Assembly (NCBI RefSeq): GCF_006345805.1
Contig: NC_043002.1
Coordinates: forward strand, 65,968,001-66,032,000
Length of the DNA: 64,000 bases
Source of the DNA: Octopus sinensis
Taxonomy: Eukaryota
Direction of reading: 5' to 3'
Below, one piece after another: positions 24,459 through 38,110 of the stretch; position 1 is the first letter of the stretch; each line of letters opens with the position of its first letter. The notes beneath the pieces are model-generated. The model made no database searches. It had not been told where the DNA came from and saw nothing but the letters and a program-made list of their open reading frames with translations. Position numbers and translations under genes: made by a program.

Positions 24459-24900
24459 TGTGTCCCAATAGTCCCTGATGGGTTTCAAATTTTAATAACT
24501 TCCTTAACTTTTCAAATAAATGCATGAAATTTTGACACAATATAACAGACATAATGAAAATTGATATGCACAAGTCAAATTTTGCAGCACCACTACATTA
24601 CATATGAAAAATAATATCGCTTAAATGGCAGCCATTTTCGGCTTCGCACGCCCGTGCTCTTTCCAAAACTTGCACCATAACACCCTCAAGAGTTTCAGAG
24701 CCCACTTCTCTGATTTCTTTATTGATGTCCTCCTTCAGTTGCACCAGGATCTCCGGTTTGCTGACGTAAACTCTCTCTTTCAGGAATCCCCCACAATAAA
24801 AAAATCCGGGCTAGTCAAGTCTGAGGAACGTGAAGGCCAGTTGACATTGCCGTATCGGGAGATTATTATTTCTCCAAAGCACTGCTGGACAACAATGCAT
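24459..24900 (-). mobile_element. Tc1/mariner-superfamily (maT/Tc3-like) transposase 3' end plus terminus
   Basis: FGEIIISRYGNVNWPSRSSDLTSPDFLLWGFLKERVYVSKPEILVQLKEDINKEI..ENGCHLSDIIFHM*. Confidence 0.8.
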
Positions 24901-24999
24901 AACTTATGTTCCTTGCCCTTAACGCGTGTTTATCATTGTTTGTACAGAGATGCATATGTGTGTATGTGTAAGTACAACGGTCGCAAAAAAGGTCTCAAT

Positions 25000-25366
25000 C
25001 ATGGATACCTGAAAGAGAGGGTTTACGTCAACAAACCGGAGACCCTAGTGCAACTAAAGGAGAACATCAACAGAGAAATCAGAGAAGTGGGGTGTGAAAC
25101 TCTTGAGGGTGTTATGGTGTGAGTTTCAGAAAGAGCAAGGTCGTGCTAGGCCGACTGTGCTCTTTCTAAAACTTGCTTAAATGACTGCCATTTAAGCGAT
25201 GTCATTTTTCATATGTGATGTAGTGGTGTTGCAAAATTTGACCCGTGCATATTAATTTCCATTATGTCCTTTATATTGTATCAATATTTCATGCAGTTAC
25301 TTGTAAAGTTAAGGAAGTTATTAAAAAATTGAAACTCATCAAGTAACTTTTGGGACACCGAGGGTA
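25000..25366 (+). mobile_element. Second 3' end of the same Tc1-like family, inverted relative to the first
   Basis: GYLKERVYVNKPETLVQLKENINREIREVGCETLEGVMV; ends TGGGACACCGAGGG|TA. Confidence 0.8.
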
Positions 25367-25613
25367 TGAGAGATATTGGTGTCAAGAAGACCCAAAAGGT
25401 GTCGGTTAACGGTAAGTAAGTGCTATGGATAGACAACGGTTAAGCTCCAGATTCGATAATGATACGAAAGAGGAGTCCAATGTGGGTCATGTATTAGCAT
25501 GTATATATAAATTGACAGAATGAGATTTTTTTTAAATCCACAGCTGTAAGACCTTTTCTTTATAAATGTTCTGAAAACTATTTACAGCCTTGGATTCTTA
25601 TCTCTTTCTGTCA

Positions 25614-25654
<41 letters not shown>

Positions 25655-25731
25655 TTCATATATGTGTATGTATATATATGCATTTATATATGTGCGTATA
25701 TATATATATAATATAATATATATATATATAT

Positions 25732-25765
<34 letters not shown>

Positions 25766-26313
25766 TATATATATATATATATATATATGTATTTATGACG
25801 TGTGTGTATATATATATTTATGTATGTATATGAATTTGTGTATGAGCATATGAGTATGCATGTATTCATGTATATATACATCACTCTCTACTGTTGTGTA
25901 TGTATGTGTATACACAAATGCGTATTGGTTATATACAAACCAATCTAAGTAAATAATATACACATGTATGTTATAAGCTAATCTATTTATGTAAGTATAA
26001 CTGTGACAATGTATATATGTGTGAATATCTGAGTATATACAGTAAGGATGTTGTTTGAACGTTTAAAATTGTTTACGGGGAGATACAGATGTTAGTATGC
26101 ATGTACCCGTGAATGTTAGAATGTATAAGCTTAGTTAAAACTTAGCGTGTGTGCACCCGCATGTGTGTCTGTGTGAACAGGCTGAAATTGGCTTTCCGAT
26201 CTCCGCGTAAATATTAACATATGCGTCTTTTTGTGATATAATTTGAGACGTGTGTTTGGATGGATAGATGGATAGACGGATGTGTGTGTGTGTGTGTGTG
26301 TGGTGTGTGTGTG

Positions 26314-26349
<36 letters not shown>

Positions 26350-26624
26350 ATGTGTGTGTGCATCAGTATTGTCCTGATATATTCTGAGTTCTAATTCCGC
26401 CGAGGTCGACTTTCCCTTCCATCACTTCGGAGTAGATCAAATAAGTACCAGTTGAGCACTGGGGTTGATATAATTGATTTTCCACCCCACCCGAAATTGC
26501 CTGGCCTCGTGCTGAAATTTGAAACTATTATTGTTCTGACATAGCCGAGATCATCCTCGGAGTTATATATTTGGATTACTCCAGATAATCGGTGGACGAA
26601 GTTTTAACTGCTATTTCACTCAGA

Positions 26625-27200
26625 AAATGCAGTTATAATAAGAAGGATCAGCCATACATGAATTGGAACATTAATATCAATTCTAACCATCCTTCCATAG
26701 TTTAAAAAAAAAACTAATTAATAATATAGGTTGAAGAATCTCTAGCCTCTTTGAGAAGGAACTTTTGTAAAAGCCACCTCGTAATGCAATTTGTGCTCTA
26801 GCAATGGATAACCTCACGAATGAATTCACTTTCATCCCCGGTTCCTTGTCGTTCCACGTTAAGAAAAACATCATATGAATACCACATCGTTTTTCGTTAA
26901 ACATGAAGTAAAACTTCGCCAAAAATTCTAAGCTCTAACAAACAGATAAACATTTGCCAATTCACCACCACTAGAGCAGGAAACTCTTACACGGGAATTG
27001 TTTTAAAATTAGCTGTTTTTGTACTCTTAATATCAAGAGTATCATTACATATGAATCAACAAAATTTACCTTGGACAAGCTACGTGGGCAGAAATATCAC
27101 CACATGGCTACTCAACTTGTAATGTAATACCAAGTAGATAATATACGAAACAGAAATCACCTCTAGCAAAGCAAACGTATTGATATAGCATGAAAAATGA
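26625..27200 (+). mobile_element. Decayed Penelope-like element fragment (RT thumb/linker region)
   Basis: NINSNHPSIV..NNIG*RISSL and VKLRQKF..KISCFCTLNIKSIITY match remembered PLE motifs SNHPP..I.RRIS and KISYSC..NIKSII. Confidence 0.55.
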
Positions 27201-27344
27201 ATACAAACTGTAAAGGGTAGATTCAAACCCTGGTATTTCTACTATAATTCGTTATTCCGACAAGTTGAAAAGAACGCCATGATTTTGTCAAACTACATAT
27301 GGCAAATAAAAAACACGACCCATTTTATATATATATATACAATT

Positions 27345-27730
27345 TACTCTTTTACTTGTTTCAGTCATTTGACTGCGGCCATGCTGGAGCACCGCCTTTA
27401 GTCGAGCAAATCGACCCCCAAGACTTATTCTTTGTAAGCCTAGTATTTATTCTATCGCTCGCTTCTGCCGAACCGCTAAGTTACGGTGACGTAAACACAC
27501 CACCATCGGTTGTCAAGCGATGTTGGGAGGACAAACATAGACACACAAACACACACACACATATACATATACATATATACGACGGGCTTCTTTCAGTTTC
27601 CGTCTACCAAAGCCACTCACAAGGCTTTGGTCAGCCCGAGGCTATAGTAGAAGACACTTGCCCAAGGTGCTAGGCAGTGGGACTGAACCCGGAACTATGC
27701 GGTTGGTAAGCATGCTACTTACTACACAGC
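27345..27730 (-). mobile_element. SINE family B
   Basis: Full reverse-complement copy with internal microsatellite. Confidence 0.85.
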
Positions 27731-27732
27731 TA

Positions 27733-27777
<45 letters not shown>

Positions 27778-28813
27778 CTGCCCGGCGTTGCTCGGGTTTG
27801 TTTCGACCCTTTAGAATTGGAATTTTTGAAAAGTAAAAATTTTCCATTATGTAGCTTGTTATTCTCTTTAAGTGAACATTTTTCTGGTTGAAATACACCG
27901 AAAAATGACAACACAGCAGTCAAAAAAAGCACCTTTTTGATGTAAATAATTTTTGGTGTTAACATGGTCCGATTTGAATTTTTTTTTCTACGGAAGGAAG
28001 AGCAAATCTTTTTCTATCATACTCTCAATTTTGGTCAACTTGCGCTGCAGGGTCTCGGAGGAGATAGTGTTAGTTGAAGGCTACCAAACCTGCTATATAC
28101 AGACAACTTCAGCTTTATATATATATATATGGAACTGTACTTTGGTAACCTTAAGCTCTATTAATTTTCATTTCTATAACCTTTTTATACACTTATTGTA
28201 TTATTGAAGTTTACTTTCCTTAAGTCTATAAATTACAAGCTATTAGAATAATTTGTCTATTTCCTTTAAATATATATTTTCTGTCCTGGGCAATTATCAG
28301 GCTTGTATTTACATTTGGTGAAAGATTTGATGGGAATGCTCTTGCAAAATTTCTTGTTTGAAACGTATGAATGTACTCAACGACAAAAATGTGTTTTTAT
28401 GTTTATCCTAGGCAATCCTTCTTGCAGATGGCCTTGTGTATTGCTTTAACAGAGGGCAGTAATAATTTAATGACATTTTACAACAGCTGCTAATCACATG
28501 TGTCATGTCACAGACATATATGTGTCAGAATCGACATTTTCGGTTGCATCTTTGCAGCTTTGGGACCTCAATGCTTCTGTTGTTCAGCAAATATTTGTAG
28601 ATGCCTCTTGCTCTTGGATTGCAGAAGCATAATTTTCAAAATGCAAATTATTATAGAATCCATGTTCCCGGCCCATTCAATACTTGCATTATTCAAGATG
28701 TATGCCAATGCACAAATTATTGTTGACATGCATGTTTTCCTTCCGGACTCTTTTTTTTTTTTTGCGGGTGTGGTCGATCTGTGAAGGCGCATGCATGTGT
28801 GTATGTATCTGTG

Positions 28814-28844
<31 letters not shown>

Positions 28845-29342
28845 TGTGTGTGTGTCAGTGTCTTGTTCTCTGTATGTGTGGAAAAAAACGATGGAAAAAA
28901 TGTTATAGGTATAAAGTATTGATGTGAAAAATTCTATATACATTCTACATGATGAAATCAAACGCAATTTTTCATATAAATACTTTCTTTAGACACAAAA
29001 TCGTTTCTCCGTCGTTCTTCTTTTATATGCACTCGTTTTCAGTTGTTCTCCCAGGCCACCGTTCAAATTTTGGACTGCCTCGTCGTGATTAGGAAGTTTG
29101 AAGTTTAAGATTTCGATCTCCCTGAGCACATATGTTTGAACCACCATTCTCTGACCAATGACGACTGCTCTCTTATTCCCAGACAAGAGATTATCTCCTC
29201 TTCTCGAGTGAACTTGATCATAATTACCATTTAGTAATTATCTTACGTCCTCTAGAGAGGATATAATTTTAATAAATCAAAAAAATGTTATATGGCATTT
29301 GGTATACCTGTATTTGCATATATACATACATACATACATACA

Positions 29343-29374
<32 letters not shown>

Positions 29375-29438
29375 CATATATATATATATATCATGTGTCT
29401 TTATAAATTTTCATAAATCATTATCATTTTGGTTGCAG

Positions 29439-29533
29439 TAACGGATACAAATGGCGGTGATTACCAAAACTTTGAACTACCTGGATACCCAAGAGGTACA
29501 AGTAAATCAGAATCTCAAGGCATCATTGTTGAG
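29439..29533 (+). CDS. Probable prodomain exon of the ADAMTS-like gene
   Basis: Acceptor TTTTGGTTGCAG, donor GAG|GTAAAT, open frame (V)TDTNGGDYQNFELPGYPRGTSKSESQGIIVE. Phase 1 to 0, compatible with the 35528 exon. Confidence 0.55.
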
Positions 29534-30629
29534 GTAAATATATTCATTTTTACATCTGCCAGATACTCACTATGTGTGTATGGGGGGGTAGAGAGATTAC
29601 CAGTATTTAGAACTTAGAACAGAATGCTTTGGTAAGCATTGGATGTGATAGAAATCACGGGCAGTGGGATCGAACGCAAGATCACGTGGTTGGTGAATGA
29701 ACTTGGGAAGTATGTAGACATGCATTATACTTTCTTCCTGACACCAGAACGACGAAAGGTCAGGTTGACCTCGGCTGGATTTAAACTCACCGTGTAAAAA
29801 AGCATAAGTAAATTCATACGCAGACACACACACACTAACACACTAACACACTTACACGCTCACACCCATACACACATACATACATATCTATATATAGATA
29901 TATAATATATATATATATATATAATATATAATATATATATATATATATATTGGATGCGGAAACGGCCGTAAGATTTGTTATGTCACATAAATGTTATTGG
30001 AAATATATAATATATAGATGATATTGGAAATATATAATATATAGATGATATTTTATATGTGTGTATTCCTCACTGCCACCAACGGGCTAACAGGGTTTTG
30101 TTCACAAATGGATGACCATAGATAGAAAGAAAAACTCAAAATAGATAACTGGTTATTTTACTGAAGAAACAATTTAACCGAATGTTTTTGTTAAAAAGTG
30201 TCTTTGGGTTTCAATGTATGTGCGAGTAAGCCAAGGCTTCATTAATTAGAGGAAATGGATAGATATCAATCAGGTTATCTGGGAACGTTATCCGAGATGC
30301 GCTGACAGCGTCTGTTTTATCTTAGATTTATCCGGCACCATATTTGTATTTGCCACTTGAATAATGTGTGTGTGTGTGCATACATATGAATGATTATGCA
30401 TGTATATATATATATATATCGTCGGCTCCAGTTCGTATCCGAGCATTGGGTTCGTTAGTTTCTATCCAGACTCCTCGGCTGGTGTTTGTACCGAATGTGA
30501 CTTTGGGGTCCTAGTCGGAGGTGAAAGAGTCGTGGGCAGAATTCGCACATAGGTGATCGGTAATTATGAGTGATTATGTATATATATATATATATATAAT
30601 ATATATATATATATTATATATATATAATA

Positions 30630-30965
30630 TATAAACAAAAGAAAAAATGGAACAAGAACGTAACAGGCGACAACAAAACATCCGGACAGTTAGACGATAC
30701 AAATAATGACAGAAAAAAAACAAGGACGGGTCATTCGGAGCCTTCTGTCGTCAATCTAGTTCCTGATCATCCCTGCAGTTTCGGCTGGTTACACTCGAGA
30801 CTGCTCCAATCTGGCCGGCCGCAAGAAAATCTAAGCTAAGAGCACTAGATTCTTTGGAAGAAAGTGAGCGAATGTATACGAAAACAAGGACGAAAACAGC
30901 GGAGAAATGTTACACAATTACAAATACAAACAACGAGACAATATCAACAGGTGTCTTTCGACTAA
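30630..30965 (-). mobile_element. Interspersed repeat homologous to 46177-46400
   Basis: Reverse complement aligns with TTTCTTCCAA(A/G)GAATCTA(G/A)TGCTCTT..GGCCAGA(T)TGGAGCA at 46270-46340. Confidence 0.65.
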
Positions 30966-31272
30966 AGACAAATTAAATTAACCTGACGTGTGTGGAGTGA
31001 AGCCTTATGGTAAGAACATAAGAGATGAAAGTCATGGTAGACTCTCGTAGTCTGAGAAAGGCCGTTCTGCAATTTCTTGCTGAACAACCTACACAAATGG
31101 TTCGTTTATAGTGAGCAAATGTTGTACATTTGTTCAGTCTCTCTATCAAAATTGATGTTGTCTGGACAGGTTCACCGTGTACCACATGTCAGGCGTCAAA
31201 ATGATAACATTTTCTGAGTTGCGACACTTCCCAAGGTTTTTAAATCTGTAGTTGAGCAGATAAAGTGTAGAT

Positions 31273-31327
<55 letters not shown>

Positions 31328-31443
31328 CTTTGTCTGTCTATCTCCCTCTTTTTCTCTCTCTCTCTCTTCTCTTTCTCTTTGGTGTATATGATAATTAAAA
31401 ATAGAAATATATAGAAAAAGGAAAAATGAACAATAAAGCATAT

Positions 31444-31481
<38 letters not shown>

Positions 31482-31549
31482 TGTACGTATACATATATAT
31501 ATGCACATATTTACACACACACAAACACACACGTATATATATACATATA

Positions 31550-31621
<72 letters not shown>

Positions 31622-32269
31622 TTATATATATATGTGTTTGGCTGCACTTTGCCTAGTGGAAGCAAAAGCGGTTTGAACGGCCAAGAAATAGGCGTGTTCT
31701 TGGCCAAAAAGAATCTCGGTTAGTGAATTCTTGTGGCTTTGATAACGAAATATGTGTCTTTATTGTAGAAGATAGGCGGAAAGAAGGAAAAACGCTGTTG
31801 TTATGATTTATTGAAAAATGTTTTATTGCGGTGAATGTAGAATTATTTGAAGGAGGCGACGGTGGAGGTAATGGAAATGACGACGGCGACGACACTGAAT
31901 GATGATGATGGTGGTGGTGGTGGTGGTGGTGGTGGTGGTGGTGGTTATGATGATGATGATGATGATGATATGATGACGACGATGATGGTATGGATACCTT
32001 TTAGGAATGATAGCACCGATAATGATAATGATAAAAACTGATGAGAATAATGATAGCGATCGTAATCATGATGATGATGATGATGATGATGATTGTGGGT
32101 GTGAAAGATGATTATGATGATCTCAATCATCACAGTCATCGTGACCTCCGTTGCCATCGGAGTAGTAGTGGGGGGAGGCGTTTCTGTGGTTGTAGTTCTT
32201 GTCTTATCGCTTTGCCCTTCCGCTGAGCATCTCAATTTATTCGTGCAGATCGTTTTACCGAGATATTCC

Positions 32270-33300
32270 TGCAATGTCGATATTTCGATGTAAAAACAGG
32301 ATATCAGTATTTGTTATTTGTGTTCGCATGCATGAGAGATGGAATTTTCTTTTTTCCTTCGCCATAACGAGTAGAGATACTGATCGTAAGGACTTTTGAA
32401 AGTTTTCGCAGCAAGTGCCGTATAATTCCTTTTAATACCAAGAACGTTATGAATACAACTTCTTTAGTAAGACAGTGGGCAGTTGCTGGATTTCGACAGT
32501 TACAATTTTACTTTTACAGTGGGACCGTTGTGTATGATATGAGAAATTATGTTATCCAGACAAGAAGAGATGATTATAACGTTGAGTACACTGAATACCA
32601 TATTGCATTTATGTGTTAGTGGGAATTGCAGCTTTACTAAAGCAAGAAAATTCCTTTCTCTTTTTGTGGAAATATCAGAGTTATAGAGCCGATTGAAGAA
32701 AAATGCCTTCCTTTTTCTAGTTCTTCTCTGATGTGGAGTGTGTAAAGAACTCTCAATAAAAAAATACCTTCTTACCAAAAGCTTGTCTAGATAAAGTTTC
32801 GTTATATATGAAGTTATTGCCTTACAACGAGATATCCCTATCCGAGAATAGATCGGAGACTCTTCTACTTATACTAGCTACCAGAATCCTAGTTATGGCA
32901 TGAGGCTGATTCGAAATTTTGTTGATGTAATAGTTGTTCTTTGGTTGGTGTTCTGCTGGAGAAATGTTTTATCTGCCTTTAAATTTGCTATGTTCAGAAA
33001 TTTGATTATTGTTATGTTGGTATTAATGTTCACATCTAAACCAAGCTTCTAAAGAATGATTATTAAATCTTTTCTAAATTCATTCACGGTATGACCATTC
33101 GTATTCCATGAGATTAACGAACCATTGTCTCTGTGAAATGCTGAACTATGTTGCGTGCTTACTTCATAAGGATGTCAAAAATAAGCACCCTCATGATATC
33201 TGTAGCCCCATAGTCGTCATAGCTCTCATTGAGTTATCGAACAAAGAGCCAAACTCCATTTTACTCAACAGAAATTTTAATACCTCACAGTCACTTCATA
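32270..33300 (-). mobile_element. Decayed Penelope-like element (RT C-terminus plus GIY-YIG region)
   Basis: FRKDLIIIL*KLGL.VNINTN..KFLN, YINKISNQP..SISRRVS, QRRTRKRKAFFFNRLYNSDIST..FLALVKLQFPLTHK..VF...SSCLDNIISHIIHN. Confidence 0.7.
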
Positions 33301-33595
33301 TCACTTATTTCTTTCCTAATACCAAAATCGATCACCGAACAAGGTGAACCACAATCAACGATCTTGGAAACAGATTTATTTAAACATGAGTTCTAATATT
33401 ACATCCTCGTAACAGGATGCAATAAAGTGTTCACCTGACGATCCATCGCGGTTAGGCATCCAAATGTACTTGGAGTATTTAATGCTGAGTTCCAAATAAC
33501 TGCAATGTGGAAACGTAGGGAGAAACTAAATATTAATATTGATGTTTATCTAAAATTTCCACTACGTATGCTTTGTATATCATAACAAGTAATAT

Positions 33596-33650
<55 letters not shown>

Positions 33651-34269
33651 AAAGTTTACGAAAAAAAAAACAAAAGACGAAGACAGGTGGTGTACAAAAC
33701 AAAACAGATGTATTAGTATAACGCTCAGGAATAGAAAAAGTCTTTTACGTTTCGAGCCGTATACATATATATAAGTGACCACACTACATGTCTAACACTT
33801 AGTTTTATAGTCCCAAAATGATGAGATATCAAGCCAACGACAGTGATATACGATCTCGGGGCGTAACTATACTTAATTACATCAAAGTATTTTTCTCTGA
33901 CACTGTTCCATTGCCCTGCTCTACCACCTTTTAAACAGTAATAATTAATATGGAAAAGCAACAAAGAAACAGAATTACACAATAGTACAATACAATTTAA
34001 TAGAAATAAACAACAGAGAATATCTGTTTTCACATGATATAATATAAAGTGACTTTATGATTTGTCTCTTTTATATTTCTTTTATCTAAATATCTACTTG
34101 CTCACACAGAATATAATTGGTTTTGTTTTGCTTATGTCTCACCATTATTATTTTTCTCCCGCCTCTTACCATCATCCTAAATATCTTATATTTCTTTTTC
34201 TTTTCATTTATATTTTATTTAGCTCACGTCTCTCAGACACTAATTGTTCGTTTCCCTGCAACCACTGTT

Positions 34270-34317
<48 letters not shown>

Positions 34318-34484
34318 TACACACACACACACATACACACACACACACAGGTAGAGAGACAGAGAGACATGGGGAGGCTGCTCACAACTTTCTTCGTCTG
34401 TATACCATCTGTTCTAAACCTCTTCCGCGCAAAACATTAATTAATGGAAATAAAGTGAAATTTAACAATAAAAAGCATGCGAGA

Positions 34485-34523
<39 letters not shown>

Positions 34524-34849
34524 TGTGTGTGTCTGTGTGTGTCTGTGTGTGTCTGTGTGTGCGTGCAGCAGAAGCCGTATTAGATTTAAATAGGCATTTA
34601 TGTATCATACTTAATGCAAATTACGTTGTGAAAAGGCAAATTAATTGCGGAAATATTTTTTATGGATTTACTGTGTTTAAAATCTCAAATACATCAGTAG
34701 CAGATGTGAATCGCCTGCGTGGTTTGAATGTTAGATGCGCATTTCTTCCTGGTTGAGCTCTGTCAGTAACATGTCACACTGGCAACTGCGTGGTAAGACA
34801 AAAATACGTCGCTATATACATGTGTGTATACACACATATTCTTCTTCTT

Positions 34850-35150
34850 CTTCTTAATCCTTTTTGTCCTTTGTGGAGCATAGGACCGGTTTCCCGGTTT
34901 CCTTGGCGTATAGGTTCCCCACCTGGACGAGACGCTGGTCCGCCGCAGGTGAGCTGCAAGATGCAGGAGGAAAGAGTGAGAGAAAGTCGTGGTGAAAGAG
35001 TCAGCAGAAGTTCGCCATTACCTTCTGCCGGAGCCGCGTGGAGCTTAGGTGTTTTGCTCATAAGCACACACATCGCCCGGTCTGAGATTCGAACCCGCGA
35101 TTCCCTCGACCGCGAATCCGCTGCTCTAACCATTGGGCCATGTGCTTCCA
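34850..35150 (-). mobile_element. tRNA-derived SINE family E
   Basis: Reverse complement of GGCCCAATGGTTAGAGCAGCGGATTCGCGG..GGTTCGAATCTC; homolog at 53440. Confidence 0.8.
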
Positions 35151-35527
35151 CTATACACACATATATACTAGGTATATGCGTGTTTGTGTGTATACATATA
35201 CATACATACATGCATATATACATAAGTACATATATAAGTGTGTGTGTGTGTGCATGTATACACTTTGATCTTGGCCAACATATTTCTCCATATCTGATAG
35301 AATATATTTTGTATGTATGCGGAGACATGTGTTGTAACCAAAAAGCTTGTGAGTGCGACCATCATTCTCTTATCTTTATTTTCTATTTCATCTTCTGTAC
35401 TTTCTCGAATTCTTCCTGCTTACATGTTCTAAAATCTTGCTTTTAAAACCCCATGCCAGATGCTTTCCCCTTTGTTTTTTGTGGATATTTAACATTCCCT
35501 TTGTTTTTTTCTTATATTCATTGCTAG

Positions 35528-35998
35528 GATGTTGAGAATATCGTTACCATAATTAAAAAGAACGTCGTTAAAAATGACGACATATCTACTCAACCACCGT
35601 CCTTACACCGAAACGACTTCTTCGAAGATGATGATGAGGAAGATGACGATGATGCTGGTGGTGGTGGTGGTGGTGGTGGTGGTGATGGTGGTGGCGGCGG
35701 CGGCGGCGGTGGTAACGAGGAAGATGATGAAGAATATGGCGACAATGACGACGAAAGTAGCATCAGCAACAAAGACGGCGACTTGAACAGCAGTCAACGC
35801 AACAATGTCACCGACAGGGCCGGGCGCCAACGAAGATCGACCAGGTCCGAAAAGCGTCGGGCGTTTTTAATGGCCAAAGTTGAAGTTTGTATTATCGTTG
35901 ATTACAAACTGTATAATATTTTCTTAGAAAAGAACAATTACGATGTGGCGGTGGCAACGACAGCGCTAGAGAAATACTTCGCAGCCCTTATTGCAATG
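35528..35998 (+). CDS. ADAMTS-like M12B metalloprotease exon: acidic/poly-Gly prodomain, furin sites, start of catalytic domain
   Basis: AG|GAT..ATG|GTAAGT, 157 codons open: ..EDDDEEDDDDAG9DG9NEEDDEE..RAGRQRR/STRSEKRR/AFLMAKVEVCIIVDYKLY..YFAALIAM. Confidence 0.85.
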
Positions 35999-36041
35999 GT
36001 AAGTATTGCATGTTTCTGTTTCTGTTGATATAAATATATAC

Positions 36042-36113
<72 letters not shown>

Positions 36114-36340
36114 CGTAAAATTTAGATTATCGATATATGGTACTTTAATTGGGGCCAACCAGAATTTAGTACGGTATATCCATACAATTTCAAAGTAAGG
36201 TGATTTAAAAAATCAAAATAACAACACAAGGATATCCAGAGGTAATGCAGTACGATCGTTTCGTGCAACTCTGGATATCCTTGTTGTTTATTTTGATTTT
36301 GATTTTGATTTTATATATACACGTCATGTATATGTGTGTG

Positions 36341-36700
36341 CAGAGCCGGATTAAGTCCCATCGAAGCCCTAAAAGATTTCAGTGCCCCCATAAAAGATTA
36401 TGTAATCCAAAATATAAACAATAACAAACCATAAAATAAATTTTTATTTTTCAAAACGAAACAAAACAGTGAGAAGGAAAATAATGTTTATTTTTGTATA
36501 CTTCCACTTTATTTATATTTGAAAAGTTTCCTCCTGCTTTTTTGAATTGCAAAGTCTTTGATCAGCTCCTCAAAATTAATTTTAGGAAACACATCTGCAT
36601 CTATACTTAGTACATCTATACTTAGTAGAGATAAAGGCATCCCGATTATTATTTTAGCAAGTTTAAAGTTATTTCTTTTGTGCCGTAAGCCATTTACCAT
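36341..36700 (-). mobile_element. hAT transposon 3' end (dimerisation-domain C-terminus plus TIR)
   Basis: LSLLSID..KINFEELIKDFAIQKSRRKLF; terminus CAGAGCCGGATTAA. Confidence 0.7.
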
Positions 36701-36942
36701 TTCTGTGGTGCTCCCCTCCTTCCTTGTGTATTAATGTTTGCTTGTATGTTTAGTTTTAATCCTTTCAACTAAAGATACAAGGTCTTCACAGAGAGAGAGA
36801 AAGATAGGCATGCATAGATATGCGCTCATATAGCATCGATATCTGCTCATACATATTAACATTACACAATACATACCTCCATGTTTATAGACGCCTCTGC
36901 TCAATTTTGCCTCTTTATATATCTTGTGTGTGCGTGTGTGTG

Positions 36943-37028
<86 letters not shown>

Positions 37029-37173
37029 GACAGGGGAGAGGAGAGAGTGAAGTATGAATAAGTTTCTTTTACGTGGGAGGTGCTCGTCATGCAAAACTTA
37101 TTCACTTAACATTTTTTGCCAAGAAATATATTTTTTATATACAATATAATATATATATATATATATATACATA

Positions 37174-37247
<74 letters not shown>

Positions 37248-37714
37248 TATATATATATACATATATATAGAAAAAATATATATATACATATAATGCATAG
37301 ATACATACATAGATAGATACACATGTGCACACGTAGATAGATGTACATGTGCACACACAAGTCAACAAAATAGAATACTTAGTTACTTCTAACACATGAT
37401 AAAACATATTTAAGATAAGATTAGATAAACGTTTTTTACTTTCACATCTTTGCTTGAGACTGTTGATACCTTTCACATTCAATTAAAGGATACTATTGCC
37501 AAATATTTAGAGTATGTTGATGGAAGTTCTCAGTCTTCGGAGGCTCTTCAGTAATGGCTTATGAAAATATCACAAGTTGGCTTGAAACAATGCATTTGCA
37601 GTGGGAGGTGTTTAGCACAGTGAATCGAACCCTTGAACGTAACTAATCAAAGTAACTAATACAGACGACAAGAGTAATATATGAACTCAGATATAAAAAA
37701 AAAAAATAGATATA

Positions 37715-38110
37715 GCGGGAGTGGCTGTGTGGTAAGTAGCTTGCTAACCAACCACATAGTTCCGGGTTCAGTCCCACTGCGTGGCATCTTGGGCAAGTGT
37801 CTTCTGCTATAGCCCCGGGCCAACCAATGCCTTGTGAGTGGATTTGGTAGACGGAAACTGAAAGAAGCTTGTCGTATATATGTATATATATATAAGTGTG
37901 TGCGTATATGTTTGTGTGTTTGTCCCCCTAGCATCGCTTGACAACCGATGCTGGTGTGTTTACGTCCCCGTCACTTAGCGGTTCGGCAAAAGAGACCGAT
38001 AGAATAAGTACTGGGCTTACAAAGAATAAGTCCCGGGGTCGATTTGCTCGACTAAAGGCGGTGCTCCAGCATGGCCGCAGTCAAATGACTGAAACAAGTA
38101 AAAGAGTAAA
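37715..38110 (+). mobile_element. SINE family B (full length)
   Basis: GGAGTGGCTGTGTGGTAAG..GGGTTCAGTCCC..CAGCATGGCCGCAGTCAAATGACTGAAAC. Confidence 0.85.

Noticed and set aside
34774-35446. 184- and 218-aa ORFs
   Set aside because: They span SINE family E plus microsatellite.
37490-37640. Short frame DTIAKYLEYVDGSSQSSEALQ*WL, vaguely like an M12B helix
   Set aside because: It has an internal stop and no splice sites, and the flanking exons already join in frame without it.
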